The notes under the pieces: generated by a model
Databases searched by the model: none
Told to the model about the DNA's origin: nothing
The model's input: the letters and a program-made list of their open reading frames with translations, nothing else
In this document: positions 1-8,746 of the stretch, piece after piece
How positions within the stretch are numbered: position 1 is the first letter of the stretch
Layout: each line of letters begins with the position of its first letter
NCBI GenBank assembly: GCA_902762355.1
Contig: CACWNR010000009.1
Span: 290-64,289, forward strand
Reading direction: 5' to 3'
DNA from: an uncultured Bacteroidales bacterium
Lineage (GTDB): Bacteria > Bacteroidota > Bacteroidia > Bacteroidales > Paludibacteraceae
DNA: 64,000 nt
Position numbers and translations under genes: made by a program

Positions 1-121
1 CTGAACTGACCAAATAATCTTGCAAAAAAAATTAAAAAACTATCACTTTTTTTCGTAAAGCACTGAAAATAGGCATTTTACATTTTTGGCGTTTTTTAGC
101 GCGAATTGAATAGCTGGACAC

Positions 122-150
122 AAAAATAGCCCCTTTCGCGAAAAGAGGCC
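122..150 (-). terminator. putative rho-independent terminator after the 459-aa lipoprotein gene
   Basis: On the minus strand, hairpin CCTCTTT-loop-AAAGGGG followed by CTATTTTT, just 3' of the stop at 179. Confidence 0.45.
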
Positions 151-178
151 ATTTATGCATATATATACGTGTGTATAT

Positions 179-1558
179 TTAAGGAACGCGTGCGTGTATA
201 CGCGCGGGCGCGTTTGTCTGCGTTTTATCCACGAGCGCCGCTCCGGTGAGATGGATCTCTGAACCGTTACGGGCATGTCCGTTGAGCGTCCAGCCTTCGT
301 CGGTAATGATCATCTCTCCATCTGTAATGAGCCATTCGGCAGTAGGATAAAAATAACCTTGGTTAAAATAAGACCGGTTGAGGAAATAGAAGATACTACC
401 GCCCAACTGCTGCGGATTATCGTTTCGGAAGCCGGCAATAACAGTTTCTGCCTCTTGTGTGGCATTGATGGGGAAGGTGCCGATAGGCAGTGCCGGACTA
501 TCGCTATATGCCGTGAGGAGATAGAGCTCTATAAACGGGATGCTCTTAACGCCGGAAACGGTTGCTGTCGTGCTCTTGTTATAGGCTTCAATGATCCAGC
601 GCGTGATGCCATAAGCCTCAAACTGGTCATAGTAAGCATTCGAAACCGTGAGGTTCTCCGCCTCTCTACCGGAGTATGTAGCCGGTCCGTCTGTCTCATT
701 GGGTTCGGGATAATAATCAGGAACAGCAACCGGCGTGATACCGCCATGGAGGATGTCTGCCCCACCCTTTGTTCCAGCCACGACCGGTTTCTCGGAAGCT
801 TGTACGACAACATTATCCTCCTCGGTGAGGAAAGCGACAACCATGCAGTTCTCCGGATTCCAAGTGCTCTTCAGTTTATACACAAAAGACTCCGTATAAC
901 GCTGGTTCCCCACCGTAATGGCATTGCCCATCGCGTTGGAGAGGAACGCGCGAGCCGCATTGGTATGACGGAACTCCTGCCAGCCTTCGAAGGTATTATA
1001 GTTATCTTGCTGCGAATCGATCATTCCGGACTCTTTGACCAGCACCGTGAGTTTGAGCGCGGGCGACTCTGTCTTGCAGATAGCACCGGTTACGACCACA
1101 CGTAACTCACGCGTTTCAGCATTGTATTCATTCTCGATATTGACCGATGCGTAGGTGGTTTTCTCAAACTGATCGGGATCGACAGAATACATATAGATCG
1201 GGTTGAAGATGATCATGTTTCCATCCACAGATTTCGTTTTGGACCGATCCACACAGGCCTGCGGCGCTGCATCCACACCGTAAGCAGAAGCAATCGTCTT
1301 ACTACCGGAGACTGTGAAATGGTCGGTTCCATAGGTATGGTGCATAACGAGCACATAGTTCGGATTCTCATCCATATACGCATGAACCTCATCCATGCCT
1401 CTGGGGCAATAACCACAACCCTGTCCGGTAAATTCCTCAATGAGGTGCGTTTTGGGGAAGGATTCAGGAATCGGATCGGGTTCGTTCTCTGATTTACAGC
1501 CAACAAAGCACAGTGTAGTCATTGCCATCGCAATGAGAGAGAGTTTGTACAGTTTCAT
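179..1558 (-). CDS. Omp28-related surface lipoprotein with thioredoxin-like CxxC
   Basis: Lipoprotein signal peptide (..LCFVGC). The motif EEFTGQGCGYCPRG is typical of Omp28-related thioredoxin-fold proteins of Bacteroidales. 4-nt overlap with the upstream ORF. Confidence 0.6.
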   Translation of the reverse strand: MKLYKLSLIAMAMTTLCFVGCKSENEPDPIPESFPKTHLIEEFTGQGCGYCPRGMDEVHAYMDENPNYVLVMHHTYGTDHFTVSGSKTIASAYGVDAAPQACVDRSKTKSVDGNMIIFNPIYMYSVDPDQFEKTTYASVNIENEYNAETRELRVVVTGAICKTESPALKLTVLVKESGMIDSQQDNYNTFEGWQEFRHTNAARAFLSNAMGNAITVGNQRYTESFVYKLKSTWNPENCMVVAFLTEEDNVVVQASEKPVVAGTKGGADILHGGITPVAVPDYYPEPNETDGPATYSGREAENLTVSNAYYDQFEAYGITRWIIEAYNKSTTATVSGVKSIPFIELYLLTAYSDSPALPIGTFPINATQEAETVIAGFRNDNPQQLGGSIFYFLNRSYFNQGYFYPTAEWLITDGEMIITDEGWTLNGHARNGSEIHLTGAALVDKTQTNAPARIHARVP

Positions 1559-2049
1559 AATAATTGGTATATTTGGTGATTACTAATGATATAGACATGT
1601 CCGTCCAGAAGGATCTTTTGAACTTCTGGTTTCTGATTTTTGATGGTTTCTATGCCTTGTGCGGAATAGATATAGTGCACGCGCAGTTCGCGTGATTCCT
1701 CACTATCGGCGAAATGATAGGTAATCTGCACGTCGGAGTTCGCAGTCGGATAATAATGGACATTCCAGTCGGTAGGTCCCTGCGGTGAGAGCTGGAGGAT
1801 CTGTTCGGTCTGACCGTTACCATAGAGACATTCTCCGCAGCAGAACTGATCGGTCAGCCCGCTTTGGGAACGGGTGATAGTCACATTGAGCGGACCATCC
1901 GCCATCAAGTCACCCTCCAGCGACATGACCGGTTTATCGGTCGTCAGATCGATTTCCGTCTCTGTTACCACGAGATCCAAGCCCTCTTCGGGAATCTCAC
2001 CGTAGCCGGCAAGATTAAGGATTAGTGCTAAAATCAAGAAAAGTTTCAT
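1555..2049 (-). CDS. small secreted hypothetical protein
   Basis: N-terminal hydrophobic signal. Overlaps both neighbours (operon packing). The C-terminal ..ILLDGHVYIISNHQIYQLL loosely resembles a sorting-tail motif. Confidence 0.45.
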   Translation of the reverse strand: MKLFLILALILNLAGYGEIPEEGLDLVVTETEIDLTTDKPVMSLEGDLMADGPLNVTITRSQSGLTDQFCCGECLYGNGQTEQILQLSPQGPTDWNVHYYPTANSDVQITYHFADSEESRELRVHYIYSAQGIETIKNQKPEVQKILLDGHVYIISNHQIYQLL

Positions 2050-2767
2050 AAGCTTGTAGTATATAATTATCGTTTATATCGTATAGAACAGCCACTACGG
2101 TGCAGTATGCAGGCCGACATCCGTCGGGAATGGGAAAAGTCGATTGGTCTGACACCGCGCGCAAGAGATGGCGATGGTAATAGTTCATGTTGATCGATCC
2201 GTCGGACATAGCTTGTACGCCGAGAACACTGTCCTCAACGAGCCAGTACGAGAGCTGGAGATTGTCCTTAGCGGTATATTGCGAGGTCATATGAATCTCG
2301 CGTTGGGTGCTATCGGCTTTCGCCGAGACAAAGAGGTACGGCGCCACGGTATCGGTCATGGTTTCATAGACCATTGTCGCCCATTGCTCCGAACCGGACA
2401 AATAAGATCCTTCGAAAAGGTCGAGGTCGATATTGCCCGCGGGGAAAGGTGTTGTAGATGTACCTTCGAGCAGTTGGTAAATACTGTCCGCAGCGGGACA
2501 GGTGTAGTCGTATTTGCCTTGGGTAAAGGGATTGGAGGCGGGGTGCATGGTCACGACGTAGAGTTGATCCGGATATGCCTCTTGGAGCGAGTGGGCAATC
2601 TCGGAAGCGGCGGGACAGTTGACACAGCGGAAGCCGGTGAACTCGATGAGCACATGCCGATGCTCGCTATTCGCGGGTAGCGGCACGGGGATGAGCCGAT
2701 CGGCTTCGTGGATCACTTCACAACTGCAAAGCGCCAAGGTTAATATGATATACAGATATCGTTTCAT
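2015..2767 (-). CDS. Omp28-related lipoprotein with CxxC (CVNC)
   Basis: Lipobox LALCSC. IEFTGFRCVNCPAA is a thioredoxin-like motif paralogous to the 459-aa protein. Confidence 0.6.
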   Translation of the reverse strand: MKRYLYIILTLALCSCEVIHEADRLIPVPLPANSEHRHVLIEFTGFRCVNCPAASEIAHSLQEAYPDQLYVVTMHPASNPFTQGKYDYTCPAADSIYQLLEGTSTTPFPAGNIDLDLFEGSYLSGSEQWATMVYETMTDTVAPYLFVSAKADSTQREIHMTSQYTAKDNLQLSYWLVEDSVLGVQAMSDGSINMNYYHRHLLRAVSDQSTFPIPDGCRPAYCTVVAVLYDINDNYILQAYETFLDFSTNP

Positions 2768-4443
2768 TACCAGTTGAAATTATAGCTAAGGGTCAGGCCA
2801 TGTTGCTTGGGCACATAGCGGCATACACCGCCGGCGCAGTTATAACCGTCTTTGGTTTTGCAATAGCCCAGTTGAAGGCGGTGAGCACCGTTGGTATACA
2901 CAGCCGCGACGGTATAGTAATGTTCGTTCATCGCTAAGGGTGCATGCCCGATATTATACATATATTCGCCGCTGAGGGTAAGGGCATGGAAGAGACTGAG
3001 TTCGTAAAGGGCAAAGATATACTGCCCTTCGTAATCAGGGGTGTAGAGATATTGCAGTTCGCCGCGCATCGACACTTTGTCATTCACGCGAAAACGTGCT
3101 TCGAGGACGGCTATCCCGGCACGCATAAAACCGCCTTCTCCCTCGACCACCGTGATATTCTCCGCCTGATACATGAGCATCGCATTGAGCCACCAGCGTT
3201 TGGAGAGGCGTTTATTGAGTTCGATATTGATATCGGTGTAATACTCTCCTTCGGAGCGGGGACTGACATCCCAACTACCGGGAGAAGCGAGTCCGCGGAT
3301 GTGCGCGGCAGAGAGAGCTAGGGTCGTGCCGTACCGACCTCCCATGCGTGTCTTACGCGCCCATGTGTAGCGGAGTTCTGTTTGGAACGCCCACTCTCCG
3401 TTCGCGTATTGGGTAGCGTACTGATTGAGCGCGGGAAGAGCGTAGGTATGCTGGCGTCCGAAGACAGGGAGCAGGTTGAGCCGTCCTTCGAGCCCTGACA
3501 TACCCGATCGCACGCGGGATGAGAAGAAGGACATGTTATAGGAGCGCTTGATCTGGGCGAGGACAGAGAGTCCTTTGCGCGAATAGCTGACCGAAGCCAG
3601 CATGGCATTGCCGGGATCGTAAGAGAAATTATTCTCTTCGCAAGGGTCATTGGCCTTGTGGGCGTACTCGAAGAGGACATCCCAGCCTTTGTACTGCCAC
3701 TCGGCACGCACATCGCCGGCACCGACCCAGCGCGGTAGGTTGTATATGAACAATCCCGCGTCAGTCATGGTATAAATAGAGTCAAACCGCTCGTATTTGC
3801 TGACATAAGAGGCTCCGAGCGAAAGGTTCATGTCCATCTCTTGCATTCGCTTGGACCACTGCTCGATATGCAGTTCGAGATCGGCACCGAGAACGGCATC
3901 ACGGGAGTAGTTCCATCCCCATGCACGATCGGAATAGCAGTTCCAATAGCGGCGTTGCTTACCGCCAAGAAGGGTGAGGTTGATGCCTTTATAGGGTTCG
4001 AGATCGAATTTCGCGCCGCGTAAAGCGCCATCGATACCAAGAAAACGATCCTCGTAGAGGTTGAGGATGAGTCCGGAGCCGAACTGCGCATAACAATCGC
4101 CGACGGTGATCTCGCCGAAGTCGAAAGTTGCTGCCACGCTCAAGTGCCCTACTCCATGGCCGGCAAAAGCCTCGTCAAAACCTGGCAAAGGCCACTGGTT
4201 CATCTCCAGACGCGTGGTAGCGCGGAGTTCGCGGAAATGGGCGCTATTGGAATCGTTGAGGTAATGAACGGACAAGTCCAGATAGGAGTTCGAGCCGTAA
4301 TGCCACTTGGGACTCCACTCCAATAGACCGTCATGCTGCACAGCGCCGCTGACATAAGTGGTGTCAGCGGCGAGTGCCTTGGGAACAACGAATAAGGAAC
4401 AAAGAACCAGGCTACTTAAGATATTTCGGCAGTTCCTCCTCAT
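2767..4443 (-). CDS. predicted outer-membrane beta-barrel protein (DUF6029-like by recollection)
   Basis: Signal peptide, alternating aromatic/Gly-rich strands, C-terminal ..SYNFNW. Overlaps tlpA-like and Omp28-like genes. Confidence 0.5.
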   Translation of the reverse strand: MRRNCRNILSSLVLCSLFVVPKALAADTTYVSGAVQHDGLLEWSPKWHYGSNSYLDLSVHYLNDSNSAHFRELRATTRLEMNQWPLPGFDEAFAGHGVGHLSVAATFDFGEITVGDCYAQFGSGLILNLYEDRFLGIDGALRGAKFDLEPYKGINLTLLGGKQRRYWNCYSDRAWGWNYSRDAVLGADLELHIEQWSKRMQEMDMNLSLGASYVSKYERFDSIYTMTDAGLFIYNLPRWVGAGDVRAEWQYKGWDVLFEYAHKANDPCEENNFSYDPGNAMLASVSYSRKGLSVLAQIKRSYNMSFFSSRVRSGMSGLEGRLNLLPVFGRQHTYALPALNQYATQYANGEWAFQTELRYTWARKTRMGGRYGTTLALSAAHIRGLASPGSWDVSPRSEGEYYTDINIELNKRLSKRWWLNAMLMYQAENITVVEGEGGFMRAGIAVLEARFRVNDKVSMRGELQYLYTPDYEGQYIFALYELSLFHALTLSGEYMYNIGHAPLAMNEHYYTVAAVYTNGAHRLQLGYCKTKDGYNCAGGVCRYVPKQHGLTLSYNFNW

Positions 4444-4882
4444 CCCCCTCCGTATAGCCTACGTGGTTATAGATGATCTCTCCTTGACGATTGAGCACAA
4501 ACATATGCGGGATATTCTGTACGTTCATGGCGCGTTTGAACGTGCCGTTCGGGTCTAAGAGCACATGATAACTCCAGCCGTTGCCATCCACAAGTGGCTT
4601 CACTTTATGGGAGTCCTGCGCCTGATCGACCGAGACAATATACATCTCCACGCCCAAGTCCTCATGCCAATCCTCGTAGAGATCATCGAGGGCTTTGAGT
4701 TCGCGCATACAGGGTTTACACCAGGTGGCAAAGAAAGAGATGATGACGGGCTTCCCTGTTTGCGCCAAGGAAGCCACGTTCACTGCGTGACCGTCTACAT
4801 CATGTATCGTCACCTCCGGGAGAACTGCCCATGCGGACAGGTTCGCCCAGAGTAAGAGTGCTATAAAAAGAATCTTTTTCAT
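4412..4882 (-). CDS. TlpA-family thiol:disulfide oxidoreductase
   Basis: Signal peptide plus FFATWCKPCMRE (WCxxC thioredoxin active site) and TlpA/ResA-like length. Confidence 0.85.
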   Translation of the reverse strand: MKKILFIALLLWANLSAWAVLPEVTIHDVDGHAVNVASLAQTGKPVIISFFATWCKPCMRELKALDDLYEDWHEDLGVEMYIVSVDQAQDSHKVKPLVDGNGWSYHVLLDPNGTFKRAMNVQNIPHMFVLNRQGEIIYNHVGYTEGDEEELPKYLK

Positions 4883-5613
4883 TTCTTTGCTGCAGTTTTC
4901 TTTGCTTTCGGAGCCTCTACAACAGGAGCTTCTTCTGCTTTCGGTGCCTCTGCAACAGGAGCCTTAGGAGCTTCAGCTTTGGGAGCTTCTTCGCCGAGGA
5001 TGTTACCTGTGGTCAGCTGTTTGTAGATAGAAGCCTCTACACCGTAGATAGCGGGAACCACGAAGATGATAATAACGACGTTGATGATCGTACCGATCGC
5101 CTCGAGCCAGTTTACATTGCCGATACCGAAGAGACCACCGATGATAGCTACCACGATACCCAGCGCGAAAGCAATCAGGAACTCCGCGCCGAAGATACGC
5201 CATTTATTGCCATAGGTCAGGCGATTCGACTCGCGGAGGGAATCGAGCGCAGACATGTCTTTGTCCACAAAGAGAACCGTCGCAAACGACCAAGCCACAG
5301 AGATTACCATGCCCGGGATACCCATAAACATGAAACCGACACCGATGGCACCCATCATAAGAGACATGAGGATAAAGAACTCACCCATGTTCTTGCGGTA
5401 CTTGCCGTCGAAGATGAAGAGCGGATTAACCATGTTGCCTTTTGCCAACTCTGCGGGCAGAGAAGACATAGCGATCGTCGTGCCGACGTTGAGGTACGGA
5501 ATCCAGATGGTAACGAGGTAGAGAACCGTTACGAGGATCAAGCTTACAAAGTTAACAAGCGCAATAGCCAAACCATCCTTGATGGTCGCCATAATGTTGA
5601 TTTTTTTGTCCAT
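4879..5613 (-). CDS. multi-pass membrane protein with Ala/Pro/Lys/Glu-rich repeat tail
   Basis: Several hydrophobic helices. C-terminal EAPKAEAPKAPVAEAPKAEEAPVVEAPKAKK is encoded by DNA repeats at about 4890-5000. Start moved to the ATG at 5613 (MDKKIN..), downstream of a -7 box at 5654-5661. Confidence 0.6.
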   Translation of the reverse strand: MDKKINIMATIKDGLAIALVNFVSLILVTVLYLVTIWIPYLNVGTTIAMSSLPAELAKGNMVNPLFIFDGKYRKNMGEFFILMSLMMGAIGVGFMFMGIPGMVISVAWSFATVLFVDKDMSALDSLRESNRLTYGNKWRIFGAEFLIAFALGIVVAIIGGLFGIGNVNWLEAIGTIINVVIIIFVVPAIYGVEASIYKQLTTGNILGEEAPKAEAPKAPVAEAPKAEEAPVVEAPKAKKTAAKK

Positions 5614-5653
5614 AATAATAAGTTTTTTAGGGGTTAAACATACCTTTGCGGCG

Positions 5654-5661
5654 CAAAGGTA
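5654..5661 (-). promoter_or_regulatory. Bacteroidetes -7 box TACCTTTG
   Basis: Minus-strand TACCTTTG about 40 nt upstream of the ATG at 5613. It is part of the perfect palindrome TACCTTTGCgGCGCAAAGGTA (5641-5661). Confidence 0.5.
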
Positions 5662-5742
5662 CGAAAAAAAAATGACATGTGCAAGTGCACACGCCATTTT
5701 TTATTAAATTAGGTCATTTTTACTTCTTAGCCGAAGGCACGA

Positions 5743-7662
5743 TTATTTCACTTCCTCGAAGTCAACGTCTTCAGCGGTAGGGCCGTTGGAGCCATTGTTG
5801 TCAGTAGGACCGTTGGTCGGGCCTTGTTGCGGGCCGGCTTGGCCTTGCTGTGCTTGCTGTTGAGCTGCGTACATCTCAGCAGAAGCGGCTTGGAAAGCGG
5901 ACATCAACTCGTTGTTGTACTTCTCGCAGGCATCGGCGTCACGTTTTGCGTAGGCGTCTTTGAGGTCAGCGAGAGCTTTCTCGATCGGTGCTTTCTTGTC
6001 AGCCGGGATCTTATCGCCGAGTTCAGCGAGTTGTTTCTCGGTCTGGAAGATCGTAGCGTCGGCCTTGTTGAGTTTGTCAGCCTGCTCTTTCGCCTTCTTA
6101 TCGGCCTCAGCGTTAGCTTCTGCCTCGGCTTTCATTCGCTTGATCTCGTCGTCAGACAGACCGGACGATGCTTCGATACGGATCTTCTGCTCCTTGCCGG
6201 TAGCTTTGTCCTTGGCAGTCACATTAAGGATACCGTTCGCATCGATATCGAAGGTCACTTCGATCTGCGGCTCGCCACGACGGGCAGGCATGATTCCATC
6301 GAGGTGGAAGATACCGATCTGCTTGTTCTGCGCCGCCATCGGACGCTCGCCTTGGAGCACTTTGATCTCAACGGAAGGCTGGTTATCCACAGCAGTCGTG
6401 AAGGTCTCGGTCTTCTTGGTCGGGATGGTGGTGTTGGCTTCGATCATCTTGGTCATGACACCGCCCATGGTCTCGATACCAAGGCTCAGCGGGGTTACAT
6501 CGAGCAGAAGGACATCCTTGACATCGCCTGTGAGGACACCGCCTTGGATCGCTGCACCTACGGCTACTACCTCGTCCGGGTTAACGCCCTTCGACGGAGC
6601 CTTACCGAAGAATTTCTGTACAGCATCCTGGATAGCCGGGATACGTGTCGAACCACCTACGAGGATGATCTCGTCGATATCGCTGGTCGTGAGGCCTGCG
6701 TTCTGCAGGGCAGTGCGGCACGGTGCGATGGTACGTTGGATCAGATCGTCGATCAGTTGCTCGAATTTAGCACGTGTCAGGGTCTTAACCAAGTGTGCGG
6801 GCACACCGTTTACCGGCATGATATACGGGAGGTTGATCTCCGTGGTCGTAGCAGACGAGAGCTCGATCTTAGCCTTTTCTGCTGCCTCTTTCAGACGCTG
6901 CATAGCCATCGGGTCTTTGCTGAGGTCAGCGCCGCCGTTCTCGTTCTTGAACTCCTGAACGAGCCAATCGATGATACGATGATCGAAATCGTCACCGCCG
7001 AGGTGGGTATCACCGTCGGTTGCTTTTACTTCGAACACGCCGTCGCCCAACTCGAGGACAGAAACATCGTGGGTACCACCACCGCAGTCGAAGACAACGA
7101 TCTTCATATCTTTGTTCGACTTGTCAAGGCCATAAGCCAGGGCAGCTGCGGTCGGCTCATTGACGATACGACGTACGTTGAGACCTGCGATCTCGCCAGC
7201 TTCCTTGGTAGCCTGACGTTGGCTGTCGTTGAAGTAAGCAGGCACTGTGATCACAGCTTCGGTAACCTCTTGACCGAGATAGTCCTCAGCGGTCTTCTTC
7301 ATCTTCTGAAGGATGATGGCGCTGATCTCCTGCGGGGTGTAGAGACGTCCGTCGATATCCACACGCGGGGTGTTGTTGTCGCCTTTGGTTACTTTATACG
7401 GAACGCGGGCGATCTCAGATTGCAAGCGATCGTAGGTCTCACCCATGAAACGCTTGATCGAATAGATAGTTTTGGTCGGGTTCGTAATGGCTTGACGTTT
7501 AGCAGGGTCACCTACTTTACGCTCACCGCCGTCGATGAATCCAACAACAGAAGGGGTTGTACGCTTACCTTCAGCGTTAGCAATGACGATAGGTTCGTTA
7601 CCCTCCATTACGGCTACACACGAGTTCGTGGTACCGAGGTCAATTCCAATAATCTTAGACAT
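5743..7662 (-). CDS. dnaK: molecular chaperone DnaK (Hsp70)
   Basis: [18 protein letters not shown].., DLGGGTFD-type motifs, full length 639 aa. Confidence 0.99.
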   Translation of the reverse strand: MSKIIGIDLGTTNSCVAVMEGNEPIVIANAEGKRTTPSVVGFIDGGERKVGDPAKRQAITNPTKTIYSIKRFMGETYDRLQSEIARVPYKVTKGDNNTPRVDIDGRLYTPQEISAIILQKMKKTAEDYLGQEVTEAVITVPAYFNDSQRQATKEAGEIAGLNVRRIVNEPTAAALAYGLDKSNKDMKIVVFDCGGGTHDVSVLELGDGVFEVKATDGDTHLGGDDFDHRIIDWLVQEFKNENGGADLSKDPMAMQRLKEAAEKAKIELSSATTTEINLPYIMPVNGVPAHLVKTLTRAKFEQLIDDLIQRTIAPCRTALQNAGLTTSDIDEIILVGGSTRIPAIQDAVQKFFGKAPSKGVNPDEVVAVGAAIQGGVLTGDVKDVLLLDVTPLSLGIETMGGVMTKMIEANTTIPTKKTETFTTAVDNQPSVEIKVLQGERPMAAQNKQIGIFHLDGIMPARRGEPQIEVTFDIDANGILNVTAKDKATGKEQKIRIEASSGLSDDEIKRMKAEAEANAEADKKAKEQADKLNKADATIFQTEKQLAELGDKIPADKKAPIEKALADLKDAYAKRDADACEKYNNELMSAFQAASAEMYAAQQQAQQGQAGPQQGPTNGPTDNNGSNGPTAEDVDFEEVK

Positions 7663-7695
7663 AGTATAGTTCCTTTCTTTAGTTAATTTCTGTTT

Positions 7696-7736
7696 TTAGG
7701 GTTCTAGGAGCCTAGGGATACTAGGAACCTAGTCAC
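7696..7736. repeat. tandem array, 8-mer CTAGGNNN x5
   Basis: ttagggtt ctaggagc ctagggata ctaggaac ctagtcac in the dnaK leader. Confidence 0.75.
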
Positions 7737-7763
7737 CCAAAGAATGACAAATACTATGCCACA

Positions 7764-7788
7764 TAAAAAAACCTGCCAATTTGGCAGG
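7764..7788 (-). terminator. rho-independent terminator of era
   Basis: Minus strand CCTGCCA-AAT-TGGCAGG followed by TTTTTTTAT, 3' of the era stop at 7826. Confidence 0.7.
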
Positions 7789-7825
7789 TCGAGAGGCTCG
7801 ACACCCGGATATTCCATGCGGCGTG

Positions 7826-8746
7826 TCATGTCAAATCGTAGCCGTAGTGCTTGAGGCGACCGGTGTTGGAGCGCCAATCGCGGTCCACTTTGACGTATAA
7901 TTGGAGGAAGACCTGTTTTTGGAAGAAGTCCTCTATCTCGCGGCGTGCCTGGCTCCCTACCCGCTTGAGGGCTGAGCCGGCTTTGCCGATGATGATGCCT
8001 TTTTGGCTATCGCGCTCGCAGTAGATAACCGCAGAGATACGAATGATCAGTTCTTCTTCAACGAACGACTCGACTTCCACTTCGACAGAGTACGGGATCT
8101 CTTTGTCGTAGTTCTGGAGGATCTTCTCGCGGATGATCTCGTTGACAAAGAACCGTTCGGACTTGTCGGTGAGTTGATCTTTGGGGAAGAACGGCGGTCC
8201 GACGGGAAGTGCCTCTTTGATGGCCTCGAAGAGTTGATCCACGCCAAAACGCTCTTGGGCAGAGATGGGGAAGATCTCAGCTTCCGGCAATTGAGCATGC
8301 CAGAAAGCAACGAGGTTCTCGAGGGTCTCCTGAGTCGTGAGGTCGATCTTATTTATTATAAGGAACACGCGCGTGCCTGAGGCTGCCATTCGCTTCACTT
8401 TCTCGAGGAAGTCGGCATTCCGTTCGGGGTTGTCTTGTACTTCGGTGACGTAGAGCAGCACATCGGCATCTACGAGGGCCGAGCGCGAGAACTCGAGCAT
8501 TTTCTCCTGCAAGCGATAATTAGGCGAAAGGACTCCCGGCGTGTCGGAATAGACCATCTGGAAGTCCTCGCCATTGACGATGCCCATGATACGGTGACGC
8601 GTGGTTTGCGCCTTGGATGTGATGATCGAGAGGCGCTCGCCAACGAGGGCGTTCATGAGCGTGGACTTGCCAACATTGGGGTTGCCCACAATGTTGACAA
8701 ATCCGCTTTTATGATTATTACATGATTGCGTCATAGAGCTCGTCAA
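7826..8746 (-). CDS. era: GTPase Era
   Basis: G1 motif GNPNVGKST, DTPG, NKID, and a C-terminal KH domain. Confidence 0.95.
   Translation of the reverse strand: MTSSMTQSCNNHKSGFVNIVGNPNVGKSTLMNALVGERLSIITSKAQTTRHRIMGIVNGEDFQMVYSDTPGVLSPNYRLQEKMLEFSRSALVDADVLLYVTEVQDNPERNADFLEKVKRMAASGTRVFLIINKIDLTTQETLENLVAFWHAQLPEAEIFPISAQERFGVDQLFEAIKEALPVGPPFFPKDQLTDKSERFFVNEIIREKILQNYDKEIPYSVEVEVESFVEEELIIRISAVIYCERDSQKGIIIGKAGSALKRVGSQARREIEDFFQKQVFLQLYVKVDRDWRSNTGRLKHYGYDLT

Noticed and set aside
4890-5000. DNA repeats at the 3' end of the membrane protein gene as a separate element
   Set aside because: They are in frame and encode the EAPKA-type low-complexity tail, so they are best explained as a coding repeat.
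5824-7686. 620-aa plus-strand ORF (and 5960..6958) opposite dnaK
   Set aside because: It is antisense to an unambiguous dnaK. The translation is low-complexity (Leu/Arg/Val-rich) with no recognisable motifs, which is typical of a shadow ORF in GC-rich coding DNA.
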